The notes beneath the pieces were generated by a model. The model made no database searches and was not told where the DNA came from. It saw only the letters and a list, made by a program, of their open reading frames with translations. This document shows positions 19,710 through 29,084 of a stretch of 64,000 nucleotides of DNA, in pieces. The stretch is from Longimicrobiales bacterium (GTDB lineage Bacteria; Gemmatimonadota; Gemmatimonadetes; Longimicrobiales; Gaopeijiaceae): positions 288,001 to 352,000 of the forward strand of contig CBDFMQ010000001.1 in assembly GCA_965249725.1 (NCBI GenBank), given 5' to 3'. Numbering within the stretch: the stretch's first letter is position 1; each line of letters opens with the position of its first letter. Both the position numbers and the translations under genes were made by a program.

Positions 19710-20079
19710 CGGCTTTCGACCTCGTCTCTTCGACAGCGCTCTCAGCGACCCACTCCGCACCGCCTTGCGCCATGTCGTCAGGTGCGACGAGTACAAGCCC
19801 TCCCGTCGCAGGAGTCGCCCTACCTCTCCCGGCTCCGTGCACCGGTCCGCTTCTTCGACGACCCGCAGCTTGTACGACGGACTAAACCGTCGGCGCGTCG
19901 GCTTATCTATCACCTCCGCGTCCGGAGCAGCTGCCGCGCTTCGCTTACCCTCCCAGGTTAGTGGGGCGATTCCATTCTCTTCCATTCTCTCTCGGTGTCT
20001 CAGCATCCTCGGTTTCTCTGCCTTCGCCCTACTCTAATTCTTTACTCGTTCCGTGTCTCACCTAAGTTGGCAGAGAGGG
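19710..20079 (-). mobile_element. Truncated inverted copy 3 of the same IS3 (left end, partial orfA)
   Basis: Reverse complement of 17361-17730 with one visible substitution (EVVDK to EVIDK). Confidence 0.9.
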
Positions 20080-20285
20080 AAGTGGCGCTCAACAATACGC
20101 TTGGGCCTACGACAATCAGTGGCTCATTGTCCCGTGTGAGCGAGCTATTCATTGGGCGACGGCAAGCCTCTGAAGGATACTTCGCAGGCTTCATAGACGA
20201 GGTTGGGCTATATGACGGTGAGCTTTCAGTGGCAGAGGTCCAACGAATCTTCAACGCCGGCCCCGCAGGTAAGTGTAAGTCGTAG
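20080..20285 (+). pseudogene. C-terminal remnant of a LamG-like jellyroll protein
   Basis: LFIGRR...YFAGFIDEVGLYDGELSVAEVQRIFNAG; 5' part replaced by the IS. Confidence 0.65.
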
Positions 20286-20394
20286 CCATCTGGGACATCG
20301 GCTGACGCGAATACACGTCCCCTAAACGCTTTATGCTTGCGCTTCCCGACCTGCGGATAGGATGTTGGTCTCCGTCTGATTCGGGAGTCTCGCC

Positions 20395-23010
20395 ATGTCC
20401 GATCCCATCGAACGACTTAATACCGCTCTTGAGGGCCGCTACACCATAGAGCGAGAGCTTGGTGAAGGCGGCATGGCTACGGTGTACCTGGCCGACGACC
20501 TCAAACACGAGCGCAAGGTTGCTCTGAAGGTCCTGAAACCCGAGCTGGCTGCGGTAGTCGGAGCCGAGCGGTTCCTGGCCGAGATCAAGACGACGGCTAA
20601 CCTGACCCACCCGAATATCCTGCCTCTCCACGATTCCGGTGAGGCCGACTCCTTCCTCTATTACGTCATGCCCTACATCGAGGGCGAGTCGTTACGCGAC
20701 CGGCTCGACCGTGAACACCAACTCCCCGTGGACGAAGCGGTGAAGATCACCACGGACCTGGCCGAGGCGCTCGACTACGCGCACCGCAACAAGGTCATCC
20801 ACCGCGACATCAAGCCCGCCAACATCATGCTGCACGAGGGGCGACCCTTGATTGCAGACTTCGGGATCGCGTTAGCGGTGGGAGCGGCAGGAGGAGGTCG
20901 CCTGACGGAGACCGGCCTCAGCTTGGGCACCCCGTTCTACATGAGCCCTGAACAGGCAACGGGCGATCAGTTCGTGGGTGCGTCCACTGACACCTATGCA
21001 CTGGGGTCTGTGCTATACGAGATGCTCACAGGTGACCCGCCCTACATGGGGAGCACCGCACAGGCTGTGCTGGGTCAGATCATTTCGTCCAAAGCGATTT
21101 CCGCCACGGAGAAGCGGACCTCAATCCCAGCCAACGTGGACGCTGCGCTCCGCAAGGCGTTGGAGAAACTACCTGCGGATCGCTTCAAGTCGTCCCAGGA
21201 ATTCGCGAAGGCGCTGGAGGACGAGCACTTCCGATACGGGGAGTCGGTAGGCGTGGTAGGTGGGGTTGCTGTCGGGCCGTGGAAGCGAGTGGCCATGGCT
21301 GCGACCGTGCTCGCCTTGGGGTTCGCGCTCACCCTCGGTTGGGTGCTGCTGCGTCCCGAACCACCCCAACCAGTCGAACGGTTCGTCTTGGCGGTGGGTG
21401 AGGGTCAGGCGCCGAGCGAGCAGTTGGATGTTGCTCCAGACGGGTCTTCGATAGTGCTGGTTTACCCAAACGAGAACGGCGAGCCCCAGATTTGGCTGCG
21501 ACGTTGGGACGACCTGACACCAACACCCATCCCTGGGACCGAAGGTGATATCCACGATCCGGTCATCTCTCCTGATGGTGAGGAGGTGGTGTACGTCTCG
21601 GTCGGAGAGTTGAAGGTCGCTCCGCTGAAGGGAGGGTTGGTCCGCACCCTCGCAGATGACGCGGTTTGCTGTTCCCGATGGAGCCCAGACGGCTTCATTT
21701 ACTATTCGCCGGTGGGCCGGACGATCAACCGGGTCCGGGCGGACGGTACTGGGGTGCCAGAACCCGTCACGCAGCGTGAAGAGGGCGATGGTAGTCACGG
21801 TTACTTTGAGGTGCTGCCCGGCGGAGAAGTGGGAGTGTTCAACGCGGGCTTCACGGTGGCGCGCCTCGATGCCATACGCATGGCTACTGGGGAGCGGAAG
21901 GTGCTTGCTCCGGGCCTACGGGCCTACGCGACGCCGACTGGGCACCTGGTGTTCGCCACCTTGGATGGTCAAATCTTGGCCGCTCCATTTGACCATGAGA
22001 CAATGGAGTTAGAGCGGGTACCAATCCCTCTTGTCGATGGGATCGGCATAACACCCACGTCCGATGCCATGTACAGTCTCTCGGAGAATGGCACACTGGT
22101 TTACTGGACGGGCCAGGGACCAGCCGATCTGGTGCAAATGGCTGTCGTGAACCTAGCCGGTAGCACCGATGTGTTGCCGCTCACCCCACGGGCGTTTGGC
22201 GGCCAACGATGGTCACCAGACGGCAACTCCATCGCGTACTTCAGTGGTGAGGCGGGGGACCGCCAAATCTACACCTACGATGTGGAGGCGGGGACCACGC
22301 CGAGGCAACTCACGTTCGAGGGGGACAATAGCTTCCCCGTATGGTCGCCGGATGGGAATCGCATCGCGTTCAGGTCCCGACGGGAGGGAACCGACGGGTG
22401 GGACCTCTTTGTGCGGTCCGTCAACGACGATTCGCGGGAGGAGCGAATTCGGACTCTCCCCGGTAACCAGTTCATCCGAAGCTGGCCCGAGGACGACCTT
22501 GTGGTGTTTGAGAATACGCCCAACCCGTCATCCCTATGGACTTTCGCGCCCTCAGGTGGTGAGAATCCTACGGCGTATCTCGCTTCGGACGCGGATCTCG
22601 ACGATGTCGTCGTCTCACCTGCTGGTGGCTGGGCCGCATACCAGTCCGACGAGACCGGTACCGGGGAGGTCTACGTGCGCAGCTTCCCGAACCCCCAGCA
22701 GCAAGTCTCCGTTTCGCGGGGCGGCGGCGAGTTCCCGCGATGGTCGCCTGACGGCAACACCATTTACTACTGGGGGCGGGTGGACGCTCGGGTCGATACA
22801 CTGTACGCAGCCCGAGTCGAGACCGAGCCTACGTTCAGTGTTCGATCCCGAGAGGTCGCCCTGGTCGGAGAATTCGCTAATCCCGAGTCCTGGGATCTCC
22901 ATCCCGACGGCGACCGGATCATCGTCCTTCTGTCGGAACAGTCCTTCGAGGCGCGCCTCATCCTGGTCCAGAACTTCTTCGAGGAGTTGAAGCGTCTGGT
23001 GCCGAATTGA
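20395..23010 (+). CDS. Hanks-type Ser/Thr protein kinase with TM helix and TolB/PD40 beta-propeller
   Basis: LGEGGMATVY, VALKVL, HRDIKPAN, DFGIA, GTPFYMSPEQ; repeated WSPDG motifs. Confidence 0.92.
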   Translation: MSDPIERLNTALEGRYTIERELGEGGMATVYLADDLKHERKVALKVLKPELAAVVGAERFLAEIKTTANLTHPNILPLHDSGEADSFLYYVMPYIEGESLRDRLDREHQLPVDEAVKITTDLAEALDYAHRNKVIHRDIKPANIMLHEGRPLIADFGIALAVGAAGGGRLTETGLSLGTPFYMSPEQATGDQFVGASTDTYALGSVLYEMLTGDPPYMGSTAQAVLGQIISSKAISATEKRTSIPANVDAALRKALEKLPADRFKSSQEFAKALEDEHFRYGESVGVVGGVAVGPWKRVAMAATVLALGFALTLGWVLLRPEPPQPVERFVLAVGEGQAPSEQLDVAPDGSSIVLVYPNENGEPQIWLRRWDDLTPTPIPGTEGDIHDPVISPDGEEVVYVSVGELKVAPLKGGLVRTLADDAVCCSRWSPDGFIYYSPVGRTINRVRADGTGVPEPVTQREEGDGSHGYFEVLPGGEVGVFNAGFTVARLDAIRMATGERKVLAPGLRAYATPTGHLVFATLDGQILAAPFDHETMELERVPIPLVDGIGITPTSDAMYSLSENGTLVYWTGQGPADLVQMAVVNLAGSTDVLPLTPRAFGGQRWSPDGNSIAYFSGEAGDRQIYTYDVEAGTTPRQLTFEGDNSFPVWSPDGNRIAFRSRREGTDGWDLFVRSVNDDSREERIRTLPGNQFIRSWPEDDLVVFENTPNPSSLWTFAPSGGENPTAYLASDADLDDVVVSPAGGWAAYQSDETGTGEVYVRSFPNPQQQVSVSRGGGEFPRWSPDGNTIYYWGRVDARVDTLYAARVETEPTFSVRSREVALVGEFANPESWDLHPDGDRIIVLLSEQSFEARLILVQNFFEELKRLVPN

Positions 23011-23120
23011 ACCGTCAGGTCCCTTGGCTGCGCGTCTTCGTGGAAGGGGTGGTGATCGTAGGCTCGATGCCGCCGTGTGAGGGGTGCATGTTGGACGGGA
23101 AGCACTGAAGAGGTAGGCGT

Positions 23121-23360
23121 ATGGACCCCACGATGCCGACCAGGCCGAAGCACTGGAGGAAGTTTGGGAGGCTCAGCTTGTTCCTACTCGTCGCGGCACT
23201 TGTGAGCGCTACGGGTGGGTGGGCGGCCTCGAACTTGGGCCTAGATGCGAGCCGCGCGTATCGGCTCGCTGCCCTGTTCGGCGCGGGGGCGATGTTGTTT
23301 GGGCTCATGTTTCTTGGCTCGGCTGGTATGAGCGGTGCAGCGGACGACCACAGTGAATAA
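23121..23360 (+). CDS. Small two-TM membrane protein
   Basis: GAGG RBS, ATG, two hydrophobic stretches. Confidence 0.45.
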   Translation: MDPTMPTRPKHWRKFGRLSLFLLVAALVSATGGWAASNLGLDASRAYRLAALFGAGAMLFGLMFLGSAGMSGAADDHSE

Positions 23361-23632
23361 CCGCGTCGGCTGCCGGAATGACGACTGCCAGAGCTTTCAT
23401 ACTCCTTGGAATTGGAGCCAGGTTGGAGACGGTGCGCGTGTCTTACGAACAGATCACTGCGGCGGGGATGTCTGAGGTAATCGCCGATCCGGCCCTGAGG
23501 CGACAGATCGCACGCTACTATGCGCTGGCGGAGGAAGCTTGATGCGCGAGGTTGAACGACACCGGCCTTAGCCCCCTCATTACCTACCCGCATCCCGCAC
23601 GGCAGCCTCATGCAGCACCCACTTCGTTTCAC

Positions 23633-23671
23633 TCCCATCCAGCCATCGCCCAACCTCAGCATCACCCATAG
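23633..23671 (+). repeat. 39-bp direct repeat, copy 1
   Basis: TCCCATCCAGCCATCGCCCAACCTCAGCATCACCCATAG; one mismatch to 26681-26719. Confidence 0.85.
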
Positions 23672-23830
23672 CGGTGATCGCCTTCGCCGACATCGTAGGC
23701 TACAGCACGTTGGCATCCGAGAACGAAGATGACGCCCTAACAATGCTCAACGTGTTCCACAGGCAGGCCCGCCGAGCAGCCAAACAGCACAAGGGCAAGC
23801 TGGTGAAGACCATGGGCGACGGTGTAATTC
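23668..23830 (+). pseudogene. Class III adenylate/guanylate cyclase fragment
   Basis: IAVIAFADIVGYSTLASENEDDAL...HKGKLVKTMGDGVI. Confidence 0.65.
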
Positions 23831-24029
23831 AAGACGTGTGACGCCGCGCTGCTGGCCGCCCCTTACGCCACTGAGTTGGTCGAAGGCTGCATGGCGCGAA
23901 CCGTGCGCGGCCTCTATGATGAAAACTTGAACAAATGCCTCCCGGTCCCGCCGCCGCTGTAGACGGCCCGCCCCGACGACGAGACCCTTAGGTCGCTTGC
24001 CCCTGGAACCAATCGGAAGGAGCGTCACG

Positions 24030-24764
24030 ATGGTTAAGGGATTAGCGTTTCTGTATGGTGCAGTCGCCTATCTGGTTTTCCTTGTTGCGTTTCTGTACGC
24101 CATCGGCTTTACGGGAAACGTGCTGGTTCCGAAGGGGATCGACTCCGGAACCGTGGGGCCGGTCGGTCAGGCCATCCTGGTCAACGTGCTTCTGCTGGGG
24201 TTGTTCGCGATTCAACACAGCGTCATGGCTCGCCCTGGCTTCAAGCGCTGGTGGACGACAATCGTCCCGAAACCGATCGAGCGGAGCACTTACGTCCTCC
24301 TTGCGAGCCTGATCCTCCTCCTACTCTACTGGCAGTGGCGGCCCATGACTGGGACGGTGTGGAGTGTTACGGGCTCAGCATCGAGCACGATCCTCTGGAC
24401 GGTGTTCGGCTTCGGCTGGGTCGTCGTGCTGCTGTCGACGTTCATGATTGGGCACTTCGACCTGTTCGGTCTGAGACAAGTACTCATGAACCTGCGGGGC
24501 CAGGAGCCAGAACCAGCCAGTTTCAAGAGCCCGGGGTTCTACAGTCTGATCCGTCATCCGATCATGACGGGATTCATCATCGCCTTCTGGGCAACACCTG
24601 AGATGTCGACGGGACATTTACTTTTCGCAGCTGTGACCACGACCTACATCCTGATCGCGATTCAGGTCGAGGAGCGTGACTTGGAAGAGATGCTGGGCCA
24701 GGCCTACGCCGACTATCGGACGCGGGTTCCCGGCTTGATCCCATTCACCAAGCGGGGTCGGTAG
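24030..24764 (+). CDS. mddA: Methanethiol S-methyltransferase (MddA/nurim-like membrane methyltransferase)
   Basis: [74 protein letters not shown]. Confidence 0.8.
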   Translation: MVKGLAFLYGAVAYLVFLVAFLYAIGFTGNVLVPKGIDSGTVGPVGQAILVNVLLLGLFAIQHSVMARPGFKRWWTTIVPKPIERSTYVLLASLILLLLYWQWRPMTGTVWSVTGSASSTILWTVFGFGWVVVLLSTFMIGHFDLFGLRQVLMNLRGQEPEPASFKSPGFYSLIRHPIMTGFIIAFWATPEMSTGHLLFAAVTTTYILIAIQVEERDLEEMLGQAYADYRTRVPGLIPFTKRGR

Positions 24765-24851
24765 GAAATAGACCCCCATCATCGTCGGCGATGCGCCATC
24801 CCTTCCGCTCGATGTGTACCACTACCCGCTCAATGGGCTAGCCTGACGAGC

Positions 24852-25115
24852 TTGCTCTTCGGGATCACCGTGACAGCGTATGGTGTCGCCATGATCCTTA
24901 GCCCGATCTACCCAGTTTGGGTTGGCTTCTTGGCGATACTTGATGGGCTGGGGACCGCAGCTGGTGCCGTGGTTATGGCATACACCGGGTTTTCGGAATC
25001 GATGATGATGATAAGCATGCCTGCCAACCTCCTCCTGCTGGTGTGGATGATCATAGTTGGCGTTTTGATGTGGCGTCGAGTCGACAAAGACCACACGGGC
25101 AAGAGTGGGGCCTAA
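24852..25115 (+). pseudogene. C-terminal fragment of a DUF4386-like membrane protein
   Basis: YGVAMILSPIYPVWVGFLAIL...LLVWMIIVGVLMWRR; no clear start. Confidence 0.45.
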
Positions 25116-25150
25116 CAATGATGGTGGCAGACGCCTGTCCTGCCGGAGCC

Positions 25151-26671
25151 ATGATGGCCGACGAACGGCGACGAAGCCTGGTCGCGGTGATGTTCACCGA
25201 CGTGGTCGGGTACACGACCATGATGCAGGAGGACGAGGAAGTAGCCCTCAACGCCCGTCGTCGGCACCGGGAGGCGCTGGAGAGGATCGTTGCCGAAGCA
25301 GGTGGTGAAGTGCTTCAGCTCTTCGGCGACGGCGGACTGAGCATCTTCCCTAGCTCTGTGAACGCGGTCAAAGCAGCTACCGAGCTTCAGCAGACTTTCC
25401 GAGAGGAGCCAGAGGTCCCCGTTCGCATCGGCATCCACCAGGGTGATGTCGAGCTCGACGAGTTCGGAGCAGCAGGTGACGCCGTCAACATCGCCTCTCG
25501 GATCGAGAGCCTGAGCCCACCAGGTGGAGTTCTGATCTCGGAGAAGGTGTTCGCGGACGTTCGCAATCAGCCCAACATCGACATCGCGTCCTTGGGCCTA
25601 TTCCACATCAAGAACGTAGGTGAACCGATTCAACTCCACGCGGTCCAGGGCGACGGTCTGGCCGTCCCCGAGAAAGAGCAGCTCGGGGGATCAAAAGGGG
25701 AGAGAATTGGAACCAGGGCCAGGACGATCGCGTTCCTGCCGGTGCTTGTTGTAGGCGGGGTTCTGGTTCTAGCGATAGCCACCGTCGTCTCGGCCCAGTC
25801 GACACATGCGAGCTTCGGCGTGCTCTCCTATCTGGGAACTTGGGCAGCCTTCGCTGGTGGGCTTTGGTTCCTGTTCGACAAGGCTGAGGAAGCGGTGTCG
25901 CCCACCGTCAGACGCTCGGCGTCTGCGTGGCTGCGCAACGTAGATCCGAAGTCGCATGTGGCTCGCTGGTCCAGCCTCTTTGCGGTCGCGTTCGACAAGT
26001 TGTTCGGAGAGAGGCACTGGTCGTGGAGGTGCTTTCGCCGCTCAGCCGTCGCCTCCCTTCTGAGCGTGGGCGTTCTGTTGTGCCTCTACTGGTCGATCCA
26101 TGGCTACGTCGGTTGGGATTTGGACGGACCGGCTTCTCTTGGGGAGTCGCTCCCGTACGTCGCAATGTGGGGGGCTTGGAACGTCCTGCCAGACTATCTG
26201 TCGCTGCTTCAGACACGCTGGGTCCTTCGGCGGCTCGAAGCTCGGGGAAGCGCAGCCCTGGTGGTCTTCGATCTCGTGATAACCGCTTTTATCGCGATAG
26301 CGGGCCACGTGCTGCTCATGTTTGTCCAGACGATTTTCGCTGTAAGCATCAATGACGTTCTTTCCTCTCTCTCGGGTGATTTCGAGTGGTGGCTCGATCA
26401 TATGCGTGACCTCGTCACATTGGATTCGACCCTCGCTCCTGTCACACTTGGCATCTTCTTCTACTCCACTTTTCTCACGTCCGTTTGGCTCTGGTTCTAC
26501 CTAGCGGCGGGGGCAGCAGTCCGAGTAGCCGGTGGCTTCAACGTCGGTCTTCGCTGGCTCAGAGGGTTCACCGACCTCGATGAGCAGCCTTTCCGCTCTC
26601 TGGGCTTCGCAGCGGTACTGATCACCACCCTCACCTTCCTCGCTGGGATTCCGCTGATTCTGCTCAATTAG
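25151..26671 (+). CDS. Class III nucleotide cyclase domain fused to a multi-TM domain
   Basis: VMFTDVVGYT, FGDG, RIGIHQGDV, GDAVNIASRIES, then several hydrophobic helices. Confidence 0.8.
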   Translation: MMADERRRSLVAVMFTDVVGYTTMMQEDEEVALNARRRHREALERIVAEAGGEVLQLFGDGGLSIFPSSVNAVKAATELQQTFREEPEVPVRIGIHQGDVELDEFGAAGDAVNIASRIESLSPPGGVLISEKVFADVRNQPNIDIASLGLFHIKNVGEPIQLHAVQGDGLAVPEKEQLGGSKGERIGTRARTIAFLPVLVVGGVLVLAIATVVSAQSTHASFGVLSYLGTWAAFAGGLWFLFDKAEEAVSPTVRRSASAWLRNVDPKSHVARWSSLFAVAFDKLFGERHWSWRCFRRSAVASLLSVGVLLCLYWSIHGYVGWDLDGPASLGESLPYVAMWGAWNVLPDYLSLLQTRWVLRRLEARGSAALVVFDLVITAFIAIAGHVLLMFVQTIFAVSINDVLSSLSGDFEWWLDHMRDLVTLDSTLAPVTLGIFFYSTFLTSVWLWFYLAAGAAVRVAGGFNVGLRWLRGFTDLDEQPFRSLGFAAVLITTLTFLAGIPLILLN

Positions 26672-26680
26672 TCAGGAGCG

Positions 26681-26719
26681 TCCCATCCGGCCATCGCCCA
26701 ACCTCAGCATCACCCATAG
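26681..26719 (+). repeat. 39-bp direct repeat, copy 2
   Basis: TCCCATCCGGCCATCGCCCAACCTCAGCATCACCCATAG. Confidence 0.85.
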
Positions 26720-26885
26720 TCATCTATAGTCATAGTTGGAGTGGTGGAGCCCTTCGTCGTTTGCGTCTAACATGCCCGCCGGGTAATGTCGGACCTCGTC
26801 CCGCCACGGAGTACCAAGCTGGATCAGGAGGCCGTCCGGGATTCCCTATCCTGGATGCAACTGGTTTTCCACAAGGAGGTGACTC

Positions 26886-27350
26886 ATGCGTTCCATACCA
26901 CTTCTCACCCTCGGCTTAGCGATCACTCTTCTTCTCCTGCCACGCCCAACGCAGGCCCAGGACGCCTCGCAGCCCGAAGCCCGTTTCGCCGTAATCCTCA
27001 CGATTCAAGTGCCCTACGGTGAGGAAAATCAGGCCGTCTCTTGGTGGATTGACAACTGGCTCTCGCCCCAGTGGAATCTCAATCCGAACATTCTCACGGT
27101 CCGCGTCGGAGGGCACCTGTACGGCATCAACGGCGGTCAGATCATGAGGTACGTGGAGTATGCCGATATGTCGCACCTCACCCCCCCGGCGCCTTGTCAG
27201 GTATGCGCCGAATGGAGGAATGCGAACAGGCCAGAAGAGGGGACGGCTGAGTGGGAAGAGTGGGACGCCAATCGTAGGACATATCTGAAGTACAACAGCG
27301 TTCACCATGACGAAATCTTTGCCCTAAACATGAATTGGGCGAAAAACTGA
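26886..27350 (+). CDS. Secreted hypothetical protein
   Basis: Strong AAGGAGGT RBS; signal peptide ending TQA-Q; downstream hairpin at about 27380-27415. Confidence 0.75.
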   Translation: MRSIPLLTLGLAITLLLLPRPTQAQDASQPEARFAVILTIQVPYGEENQAVSWWIDNWLSPQWNLNPNILTVRVGGHLYGINGGQIMRYVEYADMSHLTPPAPCQVCAEWRNANRPEEGTAEWEEWDANRRTYLKYNSVHHDEIFALNMNWAKN

Positions 27351-27563
27351 CACAGCCTGAGACTCCACTCGCCTGACACGGGGAGGGAGTGGTGATGCAC
27401 GGGCCACTCCCTCTCGGAGTGGTGCGAGCGGGGAGTAACACCTAACCCACACATATCAGGGATTTCCCCCACTGGTGGTCGTGTCGCTGCTCGCGAAGAG
27501 AGGCGTGCTGTCGTTTGGGAGCGGGTAGGTCAGGAAGCGCCCGCAGGCGCTCCCTGACTCGAT

Positions 27564-27929
27564 CTAGCCTTCCGCTGCCTGTGTCTTACCCATCCAGATC
27601 ACGCCGACCAGAGCGACCCAAACGATTGCACCCCAGTTGCTCAGAAGCCCGCGGACGGGTCCGAGCGTGATCCCGAACGTGAAGAGGGCCAGGGTCACGA
27701 CCCCCACTGCGACCCCCAACCAAGCGAGCCACGCTGGCCATCCTCGGGTCTTCAACATTCCGATGCCGTACGCAGCCATGGCTACCGGAAAGAGGTAGCG
27801 GGCTCCGATGTTCACCGATGCCATGGTGTACCTCATGCCCAGGAAAGCGTGATCCGCTCCGGCGCCGGCACCAGCCGCTTGGGCAGCGAGCAACCTCGAG
27901 AAGCCTCTCGTCTCGAGCGTGCCCACCAC
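27564..27929 (-). pseudogene. C-terminal fragment of a DUF4386-like membrane protein
   Basis: YGIGMLKTRGWPAWLAWLGVAVG...IVWVALVGVIWM; no credible start. Confidence 0.45.
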
Positions 27930-28039
27930 GTAAAGCGCGAAGCCACAGAGACGACCCTTCTAAGCCCCGAGGACTGTTCAGCCTACCTCGGATACCGAAG
28001 ACCGGGCCGACATAGCTGCTTCGGCCTTGTCGAACAGAA

Positions 28040-28288
28040 ACCACAGTCGGACACTTGGAGTGCGAGTGCGGACCGTAGGGCGGCGTCGGCTGAGTCAAAA
28101 ACTGCGAGTACGGCATCACCCACAAACTTCACGACGCGACCGCCGTGGGCCTCCGTCTCCTCGCGGGCGAAGCGTTGAAGGTCATCGACGACTTCGAGCG
28201 CAGCCTCCTCATCACGCGACGAGAGGTCGGTGTAGCCAACGATGTCTGCGAACCAGACAGCAGCGAGACGCCGGGTGCGTTCGGTCAT
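28040..28288 (-). pseudogene. N-terminal fragment of a class III adenylate/guanylate cyclase
   Basis: MTERTRRLAAVWFADIVGYT...GGRVVKFVGDAVLAVFDSADAALRSALALQ, after which similarity stops. Confidence 0.7.
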
Positions 28289-28313
28289 CCCGCAGGATGT
28301 AGCATCACAGCCG

Positions 28314-28613
28314 CTATCGTCTGTACACGAAGGCCACACCATCCGACGAAACGAGCGTTAGCACGTTGCCGGTCAGAGAACCGGTGCTTCGAGTGCCGAA
28401 CCCGTCGTCCAGCAGGATGGTCGAACCGTCCTCTTGAAACGATCCGGCTGTCACCAGCCAGAGGAATCCAGGGCTTTCCCTGAGCGTAGCGGGGAGGGGT
28501 TCCCCGGCAACGCTCTGAAATTTGTAAGTACCAGCTACGCTCTCAGGTGCAGAAGGGTCTCCACCACAGGCGAGGGCTGCCAGCGACACCAACAGAATGA
28601 ACGAGCGTTTCAT
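28314..28613 (-). CDS. Small lipoprotein, possibly internally deleted
   Basis: Lipobox ALACGG; GTYKFQSVAGEPLP...AFVYRR; paralog of 31313-31732. Confidence 0.6.
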   Translation of the reverse strand: MKRSFILLVSLAALACGGDPSAPESVAGTYKFQSVAGEPLPATLRESPGFLWLVTAGSFQEDGSTILLDDGFGTRSTGSLTGNVLTLVSSDGVAFVYRR

Positions 28614-28645
28614 CGGATGGCCCCCTATTGGGTGCTGCGTAGGGT

Positions 28646-28975
28646 TTGATAAGACCCGCTAGAATGAGTGTAGATGAGTGGTGTTGGACGAGCAAACAGA
28701 TCGGTCACCACCTCACCCTCCACCCCACTAGAGCTCGGCTCCGCAGGAGGCGAGTGGAAGAGTTGCTTAGGGCCGATCCTGACATCATCGATCTCGAGGC
28801 TCGCGGCCTCTCCCCACTCCGAACCGCCGCTTGGTTCGGCCACGCCAACATCGTGCGTATGCTCCTCGATAACGGTGCGGACCCAATGTCCGAGCACCCC
28901 GAGACCGGAAAGACCGCTCTCGATCACGCGGTCGAGCAAGGCCACCGCGATGTCGCCGAGATGCTTCAGCGCTAG
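28646..28975 (+). pseudogene. Ankyrin-repeat fragment
   Basis: GLSPLRTAAWFGHANIVRMLLDNGADP, GKTALDHAVEQGHRDVAEML; 5' end looks non-coding. Confidence 0.6.
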
Positions 28976-29084
28976 TCTGCGACGAAAGGACGAATCGGAC
29001 CGGTGTTCCGGTCCCGACCGGCGCCGTACAATGTGCCCCGTGGCATCACACCACCCACCTGTCACCTCCCTAGGAAGACCTTCG

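Noticed and set aside
23734..23745. GCCCTAAC, an attC R''-like box
   Set aside because: Lies inside the cyclase fragment coding frame (DALTM) and has no partner palindrome or GTTRRRY.
26741..26752. Minus-strand GGGCTCCACCA resembling a tRNA-Ala 3' end
   Set aside because: Wrong strand relative to the 5' half and no T-arm upstream; likely chance.
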